In this document: in pieces, positions 40,973-53,698 of the stretch
Numbering within the stretch: the first letter of the stretch is position 1
Layout of the letters: each line of letters begins with the position of its first letter
From: Opitutales bacterium
Lineage (GTDB): Bacteria > Verrucomicrobiota > Verrucomicrobiia > Opitutales > PNEW01
Reading direction: 5' to 3'
DNA length: 64,000 bases
Assembly (NCBI GenBank): GCA_963692525.1
Contig: OY829953.1
Span: forward strand, 2,539,604 to 2,603,603
Translations under genes and position numbers: made by a program
Notes under the pieces: generated by a model
Database searches by the model: none
Seen by the model: only the letters and a program-made list of their open reading frames with translations
What the model was told of the DNA's origin: nothing

Positions 40973-41737
40973 TCAGGCATTAAGTATATCGATTACCTGC
41001 TCATGAAGGTGTGGATTGGACGCCACAATTGAAGAACCTTTTACCGGATCTTTTCCTTGCCAGTCGGAAATCACTCCACCTGCTCCTCGAATGATAGGGA
41101 CAAGCGCAAGGAGATCCCACGAATTCATAATCGGGTCTAGTGCAATATCGGCATTTCCCGTTGCTACCAGTAGATAACCATAGCAGTCACCCCATGTGCG
41201 GAGAGTTTTAACGTTTTTAGTAAGATTCTCCCAGTTTAAACCATTTTGATGTTTTGCGGGACTTTTTAAATTTCCACAAAGGAGATCGGCATCATTCAAT
41301 TTATTCGTACCTGATACACGCACTTGTCTGCTGTTTAGATTTGTCGTCTCGTTGTTTCCGATGAGTAGTTGGTTGAGCAAGGGTTGATGAATTGCTCCAA
41401 GTATGGGTTGCCCATTTTTTGTAAGACAGATGAGTGTGCCAAAAAGTGGGCATGCTTTTGCGAATGCTTGCGTCCCATCAATGGGATCCAAGACCCAGAC
41501 ATATTCTGCATCATTGCGTAGCGAACCGAATTCTTCACCGATTATGCCGTGATCGGGAAACTTATCCTCAATAATTTTTCGCAATATTTCTTCGGCTTTA
41601 CGATCAGCTACGGTAACTGGAGATTCATCTTTTTTGAACTCCACTTCCAAGTCCGGGTTCGAAAAATAATGTCTAATTATCTGACCACTTTCTTGGGCCA
41701 ACTCGCCTATAAACTCGATTAGGTCTTTTTCTTTCAT
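40973..41737 (-). CDS. Inositol-monophosphatase-family phosphatase, possibly histidinol-phosphatase (HisN type)
   Basis: 254 aa; IMPase motifs GEEFG, WVLDPIDGTQAF, WD...G. Overall similarity to HisN-like members is by recollection. hisB in this window lacks a phosphatase domain. Confidence 0.6.
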   Translation of the reverse strand: MKEKDLIEFIGELAQESGQIIRHYFSNPDLEVEFKKDESPVTVADRKAEEILRKIIEDKFPDHGIIGEEFGSLRNDAEYVWVLDPIDGTQAFAKACPLFGTLICLTKNGQPILGAIHQPLLNQLLIGNNETTNLNSRQVRVSGTNKLNDADLLCGNLKSPAKHQNGLNWENLTKNVKTLRTWGDCYGYLLVATGNADIALDPIMNSWDLLALVPIIRGAGGVISDWQGKDPVKGSSIVASNPHLHEQVIDILNA

Positions 41738-41882
41738 TATCCTATAAGTACCAATGACGGGAGCAATGTATACACTTTCAAAATCATTTTAAAATAAATG
41801 GCAAGCGGCCATTATTAGAATCGGGCTAGCTTAAATACTGCTCGCACTACATAAACGATATATCAAAGATTAGATATAATAT

Positions 41883-42539
41883 ATGCTTTGGACTGATTCC
41901 CCCATTCATTTTGTGGATTTTGAAGGCAATCGCGAGTGTGGTATCATTGAATATGGTGTCGCCACACTGCTAAATCGTGAGATTGTAGCGACGCAAACAC
42001 GATTATGTATGGCGCATGCGGAAATTCGATCTATAGAGTCACAATTGCATGGAATTCAATACTCTGCCACGCAAAATAAAAATCCATTTTCTGATGAATG
42101 GGAGTATTTTAATCAACTACGTAAATCGGGACCACTTGCGGCGCACCATGCATCCACTGAAAACAGTCTTCTTAAAGTGGTATGGCCTTATCCTAACTAT
42201 TCGCCTGATTTCTTGAATACCGATCAAGAGATTGCCGAATGGGGACCTTGGTTAGATACTTGCGCCATTGCGTTAAACCTCTATCCCCAGTTGTTGAGTC
42301 ATAAACTGCAGGATTTAATTGATTATTTCGACTTGGGGCACCGACTCGATGTATTGACATCGCAACATTGTCCATCGAATCGACGCCACTACCATTGCGC
42401 ACTCTATGACGCAATCGCATCAGCCGTGCTGCTTATACATGTTGGAAGCCTTTCTGGCTTCGAAAAAGTGACGCTTTCCTGGCTTCTTAATCGTAGTCGT
42501 TCAAGCCCCAGTCAATCTGAACAAACTGAGCTTTTTTAA
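41883..42539 (+). CDS. DEDDh-type 3'-5' exonuclease (DnaQ-like) domain protein
   Basis: 218 aa; ExoI-like FVDFEGN, ExoII-like AAHHASTENSLL, ExoIII HCALYDAIASAVL (H-x4-D). Confidence 0.6.
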   Translation: MLWTDSPIHFVDFEGNRECGIIEYGVATLLNREIVATQTRLCMAHAEIRSIESQLHGIQYSATQNKNPFSDEWEYFNQLRKSGPLAAHHASTENSLLKVVWPYPNYSPDFLNTDQEIAEWGPWLDTCAIALNLYPQLLSHKLQDLIDYFDLGHRLDVLTSQHCPSNRRHYHCALYDAIASAVLLIHVGSLSGFEKVTLSWLLNRSRSSPSQSEQTELF

Positions 42540-42551
42540 GTTTTTCGCTAC

Positions 42552-44975
42552 TCAGTTGCTTCCCTCCTCAACTTGAATGATTTTTGAAATACCTATTAGT
42601 TTATCCCCTTTGACAAGATTAATGAGTCTTACTCCCTGTGTCGTGCGGCCAATGATGCGAATGTCTTTGACCGGAGAACGCACCGCTTGACCGGATTGTG
42701 TCAGCATCATTACTTCATCTTTTTCTTGGACGCTAAGCGCGCCCGCAACATTTGAAGATCGTATTGCAATAATACCACTGCCGCCCCTTTTCTGCAAACG
42801 GTATTGATCGAAGTTTGTACGTTTGCCTTGGCCGTTTTCGCCAGCAATTAGAAGGGTGGATTCGTTGTCAACCACTTCAAAGGTTTCGACAGAATCATCT
42901 TTTCTCAAGGTTACTCCTTTGACGCCACGTGTAACACGACCTTGATCACGCAAATTTGTCTCCTTGAATCTAATCGACATTCCTTTATGGGTGACGATGA
43001 CAAGCTCATTTTCGCCTTGGGTAAGTTTTGCTCCGATTAACTCATCACCTTTATCAATTTTGATGCCAATAATTCCGCCCCGACGATAATTTCTGTAATG
43101 ATGTAAGTTAGTTTTTTTAGTTATCCCATTCTTTGTGCACATCACAAGGTGTTGTTTATTTGTAAATTCAGTCACGCAAATCATCGCTGCGATCTTTTCA
43201 TCTTTTATCATCTCGAGCACATTCACCACTGATCGGCCTTTAGATATGCGAGTTCCCTCTGGAATATCGTAAACTTTTTCGACATAGACACGACCGGTAT
43301 TCATGAAAAACAGGATGAAGTCGTGAGTACTTGCGGTAAAAAGATTCTCAACAAAATCTTCATCGTGGGAACCCGTGCCGATAACCCCTTTACCGCCTCT
43401 CTTTTGTGAACGATATGAACTAACGGGCGTGCGTTTGATAAATCCATTGTGAGTAACGGTTATAATACAACCCTCGTTCGCGATTATATCCTCCATCCGG
43501 AATTCCCCCTCCGCGGCCATGAGTAGGGTGCGCCTTGGATTGTTATATTTCTCTTTCATCTCGAGAAGTTCGATTTTAATCAAATCAAGCAGTTCATTTT
43601 CGTTATCAAGAATCTTTTTCAATTCCTTGATTCGCTTAATCAGTTCTCGATATTCAGCTTCAATTTTATCTCTCTCCATACCTGTGAGCTGATAAAGGCG
43701 AAGATCGAGAATGGCATTGGCCTGTCTTTCAGAAAGTGGATATTTAACGATCAAGCTCAGTCTTGCTTCATCCCGGTTCGCGCTGGCACGAATGATTTTA
43801 ACAAAATCGTCTAGGTTGGTAAGAGCAGTTTTATATCCTTCCAGGATATGCGAACGGTCCAAAGCTTTATTAAGACGAAATTCCGTTCGCCTATAAACTA
43901 CCTCTCGGCGGTGCTCAATAAAACAACCGAGCATTTCCTTGATGTTCATTTCTTTCGGCCGGCGTTGGTCAAGAGCGAGAAGTATGACGCCAAATGAAAA
44001 TTCCATAGGCGTCATTTTAAATAGTTTATTCACGATGACACGCGGCACTATTCCCCGTTTCAATTCAATCACAATACGGGTGTTTTCATCGGATTCGTCG
44101 CGAAGGTCGCTGATTCCATCGAGTGACTTGCTTTGTGTGAGCTCAGCAATTTTTGTAACTAAATTGGATCGATTAACATTATAAGGAATTTCCGTTATAA
44201 TTAATTGTTCTTTGCCGCCTTTAAGTTCCTCGGTGTGCACGGTTCCACGAACTTTAACAATACCGCGACCGCTTTTCATGTATTTCTCAATACCTTCTCT
44301 TCCCATGATTGCCCCACCGGTGGGAAAGTCAGGACCGGGTATTATTTTAATTAATTCTTCGACCGAAATTTCCGGGTTGTCGATTATTGTAATTGTCGCA
44401 TCGACTAACTCGCCCAGGTTGTGAGGGGGGATGTTCGTTGTCATGCCCACCGCAATCCCCGTGGACCCGTTTATGAGTAAATTTGGCAAAGCTGCTGGTA
44501 AGACGGCAGGCTCCGTGGTGCTCTCTTTATAATTCGGATTGAAATTAACCGTATTCTCATCGATGCTTCGCAGCATCTCTTCCGTAAGTTCGGTAAGACG
44601 GCATTCGGTATAGCGATAAGCAGCGGGGGGGTCACCGTCGATCGAACCAAAATTTCCCTGAGGGTCAATGAGCGGATAACGCATGACCCAGTCCTCTGCC
44701 ATACGGACAAGAGTGTCATAAACTGAGGCGTCTCCATGAGGGTGGTAGTTTTTCAAGACTTCGCCAACCACACCAGCACACTTATCGTAATTGCGATTAT
44801 GGATTAAACCTTCTCGCAGCATTGCATATAATATGCGACGTTGTACCGGCTTTAAACCATCTCTGGCATCGGGGAGCGCCCGACTGGTAATGACCGACAT
44901 CGAATAATCGATGTAGGCTGTTTGCATGATCTCAGTGATGTTAGTCACTGTCGGGGTTTCATTTTCTGTATACAT
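42552..44975 (-). CDS. gyrA: DNA gyrase subunit A
   Basis: 807 aa; YAMSVI-like DYSMSVITSRALPDARDGLKPVQRRILY, HPHGDASVYDTLVRMAEDW, active-site AAYRYTECRL, C-terminal beta-pinwheel repeats. Confidence 0.97.
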   Translation of the reverse strand: MYTENETPTVTNITEIMQTAYIDYSMSVITSRALPDARDGLKPVQRRILYAMLREGLIHNRNYDKCAGVVGEVLKNYHPHGDASVYDTLVRMAEDWVMRYPLIDPQGNFGSIDGDPPAAYRYTECRLTELTEEMLRSIDENTVNFNPNYKESTTEPAVLPAALPNLLINGSTGIAVGMTTNIPPHNLGELVDATITIIDNPEISVEELIKIIPGPDFPTGGAIMGREGIEKYMKSGRGIVKVRGTVHTEELKGGKEQLIITEIPYNVNRSNLVTKIAELTQSKSLDGISDLRDESDENTRIVIELKRGIVPRVIVNKLFKMTPMEFSFGVILLALDQRRPKEMNIKEMLGCFIEHRREVVYRRTEFRLNKALDRSHILEGYKTALTNLDDFVKIIRASANRDEARLSLIVKYPLSERQANAILDLRLYQLTGMERDKIEAEYRELIKRIKELKKILDNENELLDLIKIELLEMKEKYNNPRRTLLMAAEGEFRMEDIIANEGCIITVTHNGFIKRTPVSSYRSQKRGGKGVIGTGSHDEDFVENLFTASTHDFILFFMNTGRVYVEKVYDIPEGTRISKGRSVVNVLEMIKDEKIAAMICVTEFTNKQHLVMCTKNGITKKTNLHHYRNYRRGGIIGIKIDKGDELIGAKLTQGENELVIVTHKGMSIRFKETNLRDQGRVTRGVKGVTLRKDDSVETFEVVDNESTLLIAGENGQGKRTNFDQYRLQKRGGSGIIAIRSSNVAGALSVQEKDEVMMLTQSGQAVRSPVKDIRIIGRTTQGVRLINLVKGDKLIGISKIIQVEEGSN

Positions 44976-45043
44976 TGCGGGAAGATGAAATAAATAAAAT
45001 TGAAATAAATATTATTTTTACCGTCTACTTTCTCTCAAACCCC

Positions 45044-47566
<2,523 letters not shown>

Positions 47567-47706
47567 TTAATTATTTTCTATAAGGTAAATAGAAAAATTG
47601 CGAATCATTTTTACTGTTTTTCTACCTTAAAAGTGAAGAAATTTGAGATCGAGTAGAGCTTGTTTTTTGGTTTGCTACTAGAGATAAAAATATATTAATT
47701 ACTGCA

Positions 47707-48120
47707 ATGAAAGTCTCTATGAAAGTAGAGTATGCCTGTCGGGTTCTGGCGCAGTTGGCTCGTTGCCAGGGAAACAAGCAACTCTCTCACATTGAAGAGC
47801 TTGCCAAAGCTGAAAAAATACCTGCGAACTACCTTGTGCAAATCCTTAATGAGTTGAAAAATGGGGGTCTGATCATCAGTCGCCGTGGTAAACAGGGAGG
47901 GTACGCTCTGGCTAAAAACCCGGATGAAATTAGGCTAAATGAAGTGGTGCGTGTAATCGATGGTGAAGTGATTGAATTGAACTTCTCAGGTAATGGACAA
48001 TCGGGCCTGAGAGTGGCTCAAGTTTGGGAGGAAATTGCGCATAATTTAGAGGAAAAGATGAATGAATATACGTTAGAATCTTTTCTTCAACCTGAATCGG
48101 AATCGATGTACTATATTTAG
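47707..48120 (+). CDS. Rrf2-family transcriptional regulator (no Fe-S cysteine cluster evident)
   Basis: 137 aa; MKV..K.EYACRVLAQLA..., winged HTH IPANYLVQILNELKNGGLIISRRGKQGGYALAK. Divergent from gyrB. Confidence 0.8.
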   Translation: MKVSMKVEYACRVLAQLARCQGNKQLSHIEELAKAEKIPANYLVQILNELKNGGLIISRRGKQGGYALAKNPDEIRLNEVVRVIDGEVIELNFSGNGQSGLRVAQVWEEIAHNLEEKMNEYTLESFLQPESESMYYI

Positions 48121-48328
48121 TGATTATCTTCGCTGCTAATCCAAGCAAAAGATAATCTAATAGCTCTGGGCCAGGGCAGAAAATCGATATTCAGGACGTC
48201 CAAATAATGGATTTCTCAAGCGTTGGGCTCGGTCGTGAATACCTCCATTATAGAGTATGAACTATCACGTCGCTTTTCATGACTTTTGAATGCTTCCAGA
48301 TTAACTTACGGGTCAGAATGTGATTTTT

Positions 48329-48940
48329 TCAAATAAGTATATCTGTATAATCAGATACCCATTTCTTTAAATCCTTATTTAGTGATTCGATAGTTGCAAC
48401 CGAAATTTCCTGTTCATTTATTGGATATTTAAGTATGGATGCGACAGCATCTCGTTTGGAATGACTGATCGATTTCCACCACTGTTCTTTTATCGGGTAA
48501 CCTTCTTTCCTAACAAAGAGATAAAGAGATTTAAAAAAAACTGCTTCAGGCCTTATATTTGATTCCCAACTCTCTAAGGCCTGGGCGAAAAGTTGAAAAA
48601 CAAGCGGTGAAAAATCAGCATGCATCAGGGTTCTTATTAAAATACGGGAAAAATCAGAAGCATAGAAAAATGTTTTATAATCATTTCCAATTGCCTGGTA
48701 GCGCTTGAGCAGTTGAAAATCACGCATAAAACAAACCTTACCTTGTGCGGATTGGTCCAGTTCAACTGCGGCATAATCAAAAATGTCCGGTTGTGTTTTT
48801 ACTGAAGGCTTATTTGATCTCCGTTTTAAGCAGAGCATCAATCCTTTTTTATCGGCAAGGATCTGGTATCGCGAATGCGATTCCCCTGTGGTTTCCTTAC
48901 TTAATATAAAGCCTTCAATCGATAGTTGGCGTCCTGCCAT
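48329..48940 (-). CDS. recO: RecO-like DNA repair protein (tentative)
   Basis: 203 aa. The N-terminal OB-like pattern (IEGFILSKETTGESHSRYQILADKKGLMLCLKR) and size fit short RecO proteins. No zinc-finger motif. The assignment is weak. Confidence 0.35.
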   Translation of the reverse strand: MAGRQLSIEGFILSKETTGESHSRYQILADKKGLMLCLKRRSNKPSVKTQPDIFDYAAVELDQSAQGKVCFMRDFQLLKRYQAIGNDYKTFFYASDFSRILIRTLMHADFSPLVFQLFAQALESWESNIRPEAVFFKSLYLFVRKEGYPIKEQWWKSISHSKRDAVASILKYPINEQEISVATIESLNKDLKKWVSDYTDILI

Positions 48941-48945
48941 ACAAC

Positions 48946-49668
48946 TTAATCCACGACCTCTTTTTGCGTGGCTTCCGCATTTGAAATATTATCAGTATTA
49001 TTAGTTTCAGGAACCGTGACTTCGACGAACTCGTTCGTTCCACGTTCTGAATTATAATGAGGGACTACTGCCCCACCTGAAACAATTAGCTTCATTCCGT
49101 CGGCCACAGTCATATCCAGTTCTTGGACGTCATCTTTAGGAACCATAATGAGATACCCACTCGTCGGGTTGGGAGTAGTGGGTAGAAAGACATTAATTAT
49201 ATCATGGGGGGTTTTGTTTTGCACTTCCCCTTTGCCTCTACCCGTTAAAAACCCCATGGCATAAATATCCTTACGGGGAAATTCAATAAGTACGACCTTC
49301 TGAAATATTGCACTTTTTTGTCGTGCAAAGGTATCGATGATTTGTTTCACCGTATTATAAACTGTTTTTATAAAGGGCAGGCTTGTGATAATTTTCTCTG
49401 TCATTTGAACAGTAAATCTGCCAAAGAAGTATTTAGAAAACCATCCGATTAGGGTTATCAAAATCAGGACCACTAAGGTGGCGAGAATATTAAGTAGGGC
49501 CGAGAGGACAGTTTTATCAAATATTTCATCGGGGATGAAAAAAAAGAAAAGCTGAGCCGTGGGCGCTCCAATGCTACCTACGAGCGTTCTGATTACATAG
49601 ACGGTGACAACGACCGGTGCGAGAACGATCAACCCGGAGATAAACGCATTTCTGATAGCCTTAAACAT
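48946..49668 (-). CDS. DUF502-family membrane protein
   Basis: 240 aa; N-terminal FISGLIVLAPVVVTVYVI and a second TM, then the conserved soluble part (PTTPNPTSGYLIMVP) characteristic of DUF502. Confidence 0.6.
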   Translation of the reverse strand: MFKAIRNAFISGLIVLAPVVVTVYVIRTLVGSIGAPTAQLFFFFIPDEIFDKTVLSALLNILATLVVLILITLIGWFSKYFFGRFTVQMTEKIITSLPFIKTVYNTVKQIIDTFARQKSAIFQKVVLIEFPRKDIYAMGFLTGRGKGEVQNKTPHDIINVFLPTTPNPTSGYLIMVPKDDVQELDMTVADGMKLIVSGGAVVPHYNSERGTNEFVEVTVPETNNTDNISNAEATQKEVVD

Positions 49669-49747
49669 CGATTGAATAGGGAATTGATTACCTGTAAATA
49701 TTGATATGTACGGTATATCGTCCTAACAAGAATAAAAGATTTTTTAT

Positions 49748-50233
49748 TTAATCTGAACGAAAAATAAAAGAGGGGATTTTTTTTGCCGTTATAGCTGCAG
49801 ACATAATCCTTTTTTCGGCGTCTCTCATCGAGTTGCGGTCACCTTCACTTTTGTCATTATAGCCGACAAGATGCAGCCAACCGTGGACCAGATAGAGCGT
49901 GATTTCCTGCGCTAGTGTGAGATCGTGTTCGGTTGCTGATTCTTGGGCGACATCAACGCAAACACAAATCTCACCTGCAAAGTCCATTGCGTGATCGCCT
50001 TCAAAAGTGATGACGTCGGTTATACTCGTATCGTTAAAATATGCCGAATGCAGGCGCTGTATTTCTTCGCTCTCGATAAATGCAACTGACAGTTCACCAT
50101 CGGGGATTTTTTCCGAGCAGATATCGCGATCTAGGAAATAGAAGAGAGAGCGCACCTTACTAACCTGGCATTCCAATCGCTTGCAACGGTTAATGACCTG
50201 TACGTTGCGCGGCTTTCTCTTCGATTGAAACAT
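49748..50233 (-). CDS. ybeY: Endoribonuclease YbeY (rRNA maturation)
   Basis: 161 aa; zinc motif HGWLHLVGYND. In a phoH-HD-ybeY cluster. The ORF overlaps the upstream gene by 44 nt, so the start is uncertain. Confidence 0.88.
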   Translation of the reverse strand: MFQSKRKPRNVQVINRCKRLECQVSKVRSLFYFLDRDICSEKIPDGELSVAFIESEEIQRLHSAYFNDTSITDVITFEGDHAMDFAGEICVCVDVAQESATEHDLTLAQEITLYLVHGWLHLVGYNDKSEGDRNSMRDAEKRIMSAAITAKKIPSFIFRSD

Positions 50234-52646
50234 CGGGACTGCTTATTTCCTGGGTGACATTGCTTGTAATCGGTTCTTTTTCAGGGAGAGTTTTCACTTC
50301 AAGCTGATCTTCTTTTTTCGGATAATCAACGCGTGTATGAAGCATGTTAAGGAGAGTAAATGAAAAACTGCTTTTAAGGCCATTGACTTCTTCAAATGTA
50401 AGCGGACAATCTGAAAGCTGTCTGCTTTCGATTCGATCTTTGCAGATATTTTCAATCAGATCATCAACAGCTTGAGGAGATATTTTTCTCAGGCTTCGGC
50501 TCGCCGCTTCTATGGAATCTGCGAGTAAGATTATTGCACTCTCTTTGAATTGCGGTTTAGGCCCCTCGTAGCGGTAGGTACTCTCATTTACTTTGTCGAG
50601 TTCAACCTTTGGTGCATTGGGGAATATCCACGGGGGGAGATCTTTCTGCTTTTTTAGCGCCATGTAGTAAAAGTATTGGATGAGGGAGGTACCATGATGC
50701 TGCCTGATGACGTCAATAATCGGCTTAGGCAACTTATGTTGCCGCGCTAGTTGCACCCCTTCTTTAACATGGCTTTTAATGACGAGAGCACTCATCGATG
50801 GATTCTGGACAAGGTGGGGATTTATCCCCTCCCTTTGATTTTCCGTAAAATACTGGGGTTTGACAATTTTACCGATGTCATGGAATAGAGAACAAACACG
50901 GCAGATGAGAGGGTTTGCTCCAATCGCCGCCGCTCCGTTTTCCGCTAAATTAGCCACCATCAAGCTATGGTGATAACTGCCTGGGGCGAGGACCTGCATC
51001 CGCCGTAACAAGGGATGATTAAAATCGGTCAGCTCGAGAAGTGAAATGTTAGTCGTGTATTTAAATATTTGCTCTAAGATAGGGAGGAATCCCAAGGCGA
51101 TTACCCCCGTCGCAATACCGATTAGTTGAGCGGCCATCATTTGCTTAGCAATAACAAATATGTCGAGTGCATCGCGAATACCTAAAAAGAAAGTGCATAA
51201 AGCAAGGCAAAGCCCGGAATAGGCACCGGCTCTTACGACTCGGCCACGCAGTTGGATATTTCGACAGTAATAAATGCCCACGATTGAAGAAAGGAAAGTA
51301 ATCAATAATAAGGGCAGCGAGTTACCATGCATTAATGCATTGAAGATACTTATTTCAAGGGCGACGAATATGCCCGGACCAGAACCGATAAGTATGGATA
51401 CGATAATCGGACCCAGTAAAGTGGGTGCGAGAAAGGGTAATATTGCAGTTAAAGTATTGGAACTTTGATTGAGAATTCCGAATTCGCCAAACTCAATAAC
51501 GAGTCGGATAATGGCAAGATTCAACAAGATAACGACAGCCGAAAGGGTGAGTGCCCGATTGTGTTTACTTAGCTGTCGGCTTCCAACTTTAATGTATATT
51601 ATTGAAGAGAGCAGCACGGCACAGGTCATTAAAATGCGTTCCCAGATAAGGGAATTAAAACTGAAACCAGTATCCATGGTTTTTTGGATCGATTTTCTAT
51701 AAGCATTTAACTTTTCAATATCTATCGGCATTACCTTGGATCCGGGCTCGATTATTGTTTCACCTTCCTCCACGGAAATGATCACGGATTCGACGCTCGC
51801 TAACACTTGTTGAATGCGCTCCTCGCTTTTTACCGGATCGTATATAAGGTTTGGGCTGAGTCCATTGCGCAAAAGTCTGTAGAGAGCCGCTGAAGCTTCT
51901 CGCGTAATATCCAAGGCTAATAGATTTATCCGGAGTGAGCGCAAAGCGTCTTCTTCTGATTGCATTTCTACCTGGGCGATGTGCCCGGTTTCTTTTTGGA
52001 TATTAAAAAAACTTAGCCTACCTGTTTGGAGCTTAATCTCTGAATGCTCAGCGTCATATATGCCCTCTCGAAATATGTCCTGCATAATTTTAAGCCCCTC
52101 TTCAAAGGCTATACCTCGTTGATTATCATTCAGTTCGGTAATAATTATGGAGAGATCTTCCGAATTCAAGTGGTAAGGGCCTTGCGCTTGTGGATCGAAT
52201 TCCTGGGTAAAGGTCTCAATTGCAACCTTCTTTTCTGCAGGAGAATGATTAATAACTTTTCTATTCAATTCGTTGAGTCCGGTAATTAATCTTTCGATAT
52301 AAGCGGAAAAGTTTTCATACGGCACCGAATCTAATCGATAGATAGGGGGGACTCGTCGTCTACGACTGTTAATGATAGATTGGGTGCGAATATTACTCTC
52401 ATAACTGAATGTTGTTTCAGCGACAATACGTACACGAGCGATTTGTTCCGGAAGAATTTGTGGCCCTGCGGGAGAAAGCCCGACGAAGCAAATGAAAATA
52501 ACAAGGATGGCAAAACTTATAATTAAGGTAAGCGATAGAATCTGGCGTGAATCCAGAAAATTTTTAGGTTCTGTATTATCCCTGACTCGGCGATGATTGC
52601 CAAATACGGTCGAACGCAATTTCTTAATTAAAGGTGATATTACCAT
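50190..52646 (-). CDS. 7TM-receptor with intracellular HD(HDIG) phosphohydrolase domain (PgpH/YqfF-like)
   Basis: 818 aa. N-terminal TM plus a large extracytoplasmic domain, seven clustered TM helices, then an HD domain (HHSLMVANLA...LFHDIGK...HHG). Conserved position between phoH and ybeY. Confidence 0.85.
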   Translation of the reverse strand: MVISPLIKKLRSTVFGNHRRVRDNTEPKNFLDSRQILSLTLIISFAILVIFICFVGLSPAGPQILPEQIARVRIVAETTFSYESNIRTQSIINSRRRRVPPIYRLDSVPYENFSAYIERLITGLNELNRKVINHSPAEKKVAIETFTQEFDPQAQGPYHLNSEDLSIIITELNDNQRGIAFEEGLKIMQDIFREGIYDAEHSEIKLQTGRLSFFNIQKETGHIAQVEMQSEEDALRSLRINLLALDITREASAALYRLLRNGLSPNLIYDPVKSEERIQQVLASVESVIISVEEGETIIEPGSKVMPIDIEKLNAYRKSIQKTMDTGFSFNSLIWERILMTCAVLLSSIIYIKVGSRQLSKHNRALTLSAVVILLNLAIIRLVIEFGEFGILNQSSNTLTAILPFLAPTLLGPIIVSILIGSGPGIFVALEISIFNALMHGNSLPLLLITFLSSIVGIYYCRNIQLRGRVVRAGAYSGLCLALCTFFLGIRDALDIFVIAKQMMAAQLIGIATGVIALGFLPILEQIFKYTTNISLLELTDFNHPLLRRMQVLAPGSYHHSLMVANLAENGAAAIGANPLICRVCSLFHDIGKIVKPQYFTENQREGINPHLVQNPSMSALVIKSHVKEGVQLARQHKLPKPIIDVIRQHHGTSLIQYFYYMALKKQKDLPPWIFPNAPKVELDKVNESTYRYEGPKPQFKESAIILLADSIEAASRSLRKISPQAVDDLIENICKDRIESRQLSDCPLTFEEVNGLKSSFSFTLLNMLHTRVDYPKKEDQLEVKTLPEKEPITSNVTQEISSPDVSIEEKAAQRTGH

Positions 52647-52668
52647 GACTGATTGGCACTCCTAAGGA

Positions 52669-53661
52669 TTAATCCTGGAGGCTGGAATTGGCCCTATGAT
52701 TCTCATCTCCTTCAGCGTGATAATTTTCATAGGCTTCGATAATATTTTGCACCAGTGGGTTCCGTACTACATCTGTAGCATGCAAATAAAATAAATGAAC
52801 GCCCTGCGTGCTCATTAAGACTTTGGTCGCTTCTTTTAGGCCAGAATTCTTTGAATTCGGGAGGTCGATCTGAGTGACATCTCCCGTAATTACCATGCGG
52901 CTGCGATCCCCCATGCGTGTGAGAAACATCATCATTTGTTCCGGGGTAGTGTTTTGTGCTTCGTCGAGGATAACAAATGCATTGGATAGGGTTCGCCCAC
53001 GCATATAGGCGAGGGGAGCGATTTCAATTGCTCCGCGATCGATGAGGCGAGTTGAAATTTCGCGTCCAAGCATCGCGTACATAGCGTCATAGAGAGGGCG
53101 CAGGTAGGGGTGGATTTTTTCCGTAAGATCTCCGGGTAAAAATCCCAGTGCCTCGCCCGCTTCGACTGCTGGTCGAGTAAGGATAATACGATCGATCTCT
53201 TCTTTGAGCAGCGCATCTATTGCCGCAGCCATTGCTAAATAAGTCTTACCTGTTCCTGCGGGGCCTATACACAGAACGATATCGTTGTTCTGTATCGTTT
53301 GAAGATATTTTTTTTGATTCATCGTTTTTGGAACGATGCTTTTATTTTTAATTCGTATAACCAGGGGATGATCAAAAACGTCCTTTAGCTCGGGGCCGTG
53401 ACCGTTGGCAATGGAGTTTAAAATATTCTCAAAGTCAGAGTCTTGAATACTCATGCCTTGAGTGCGTCCTTCAGCAAGCATGTTAAAAAGTAATTCAGTC
53501 TTTGAGATACCTTCTTCGGCACCACTCACGCGGAGCCAATCTTCACGAGTGACGATGTTTACGGATAACATTTCCTCAACTTTAGATAGGTTACTATCCC
53601 GAGCACAATATAACTGGTTGAGCTGTCGGGGGTTATCAAAATAAAGGGTCTTTTCTGTCAT
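52669..53661 (-). CDS. phoH: PhoH-like ATPase (YbeZ)
   Basis: 330 aa; Walker A GPAGTGKTYLA, ILDEAQN, TGDVTQIDLP motifs. Confidence 0.93.
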   Translation of the reverse strand: MTEKTLYFDNPRQLNQLYCARDSNLSKVEEMLSVNIVTREDWLRVSGAEEGISKTELLFNMLAEGRTQGMSIQDSDFENILNSIANGHGPELKDVFDHPLVIRIKNKSIVPKTMNQKKYLQTIQNNDIVLCIGPAGTGKTYLAMAAAIDALLKEEIDRIILTRPAVEAGEALGFLPGDLTEKIHPYLRPLYDAMYAMLGREISTRLIDRGAIEIAPLAYMRGRTLSNAFVILDEAQNTTPEQMMMFLTRMGDRSRMVITGDVTQIDLPNSKNSGLKEATKVLMSTQGVHLFYLHATDVVRNPLVQNIIEAYENYHAEGDENHRANSSLQD

Positions 53662-53698
53662 TTGCCCTCTCGATTTACTGGGGGGTGGGTATTGATGA

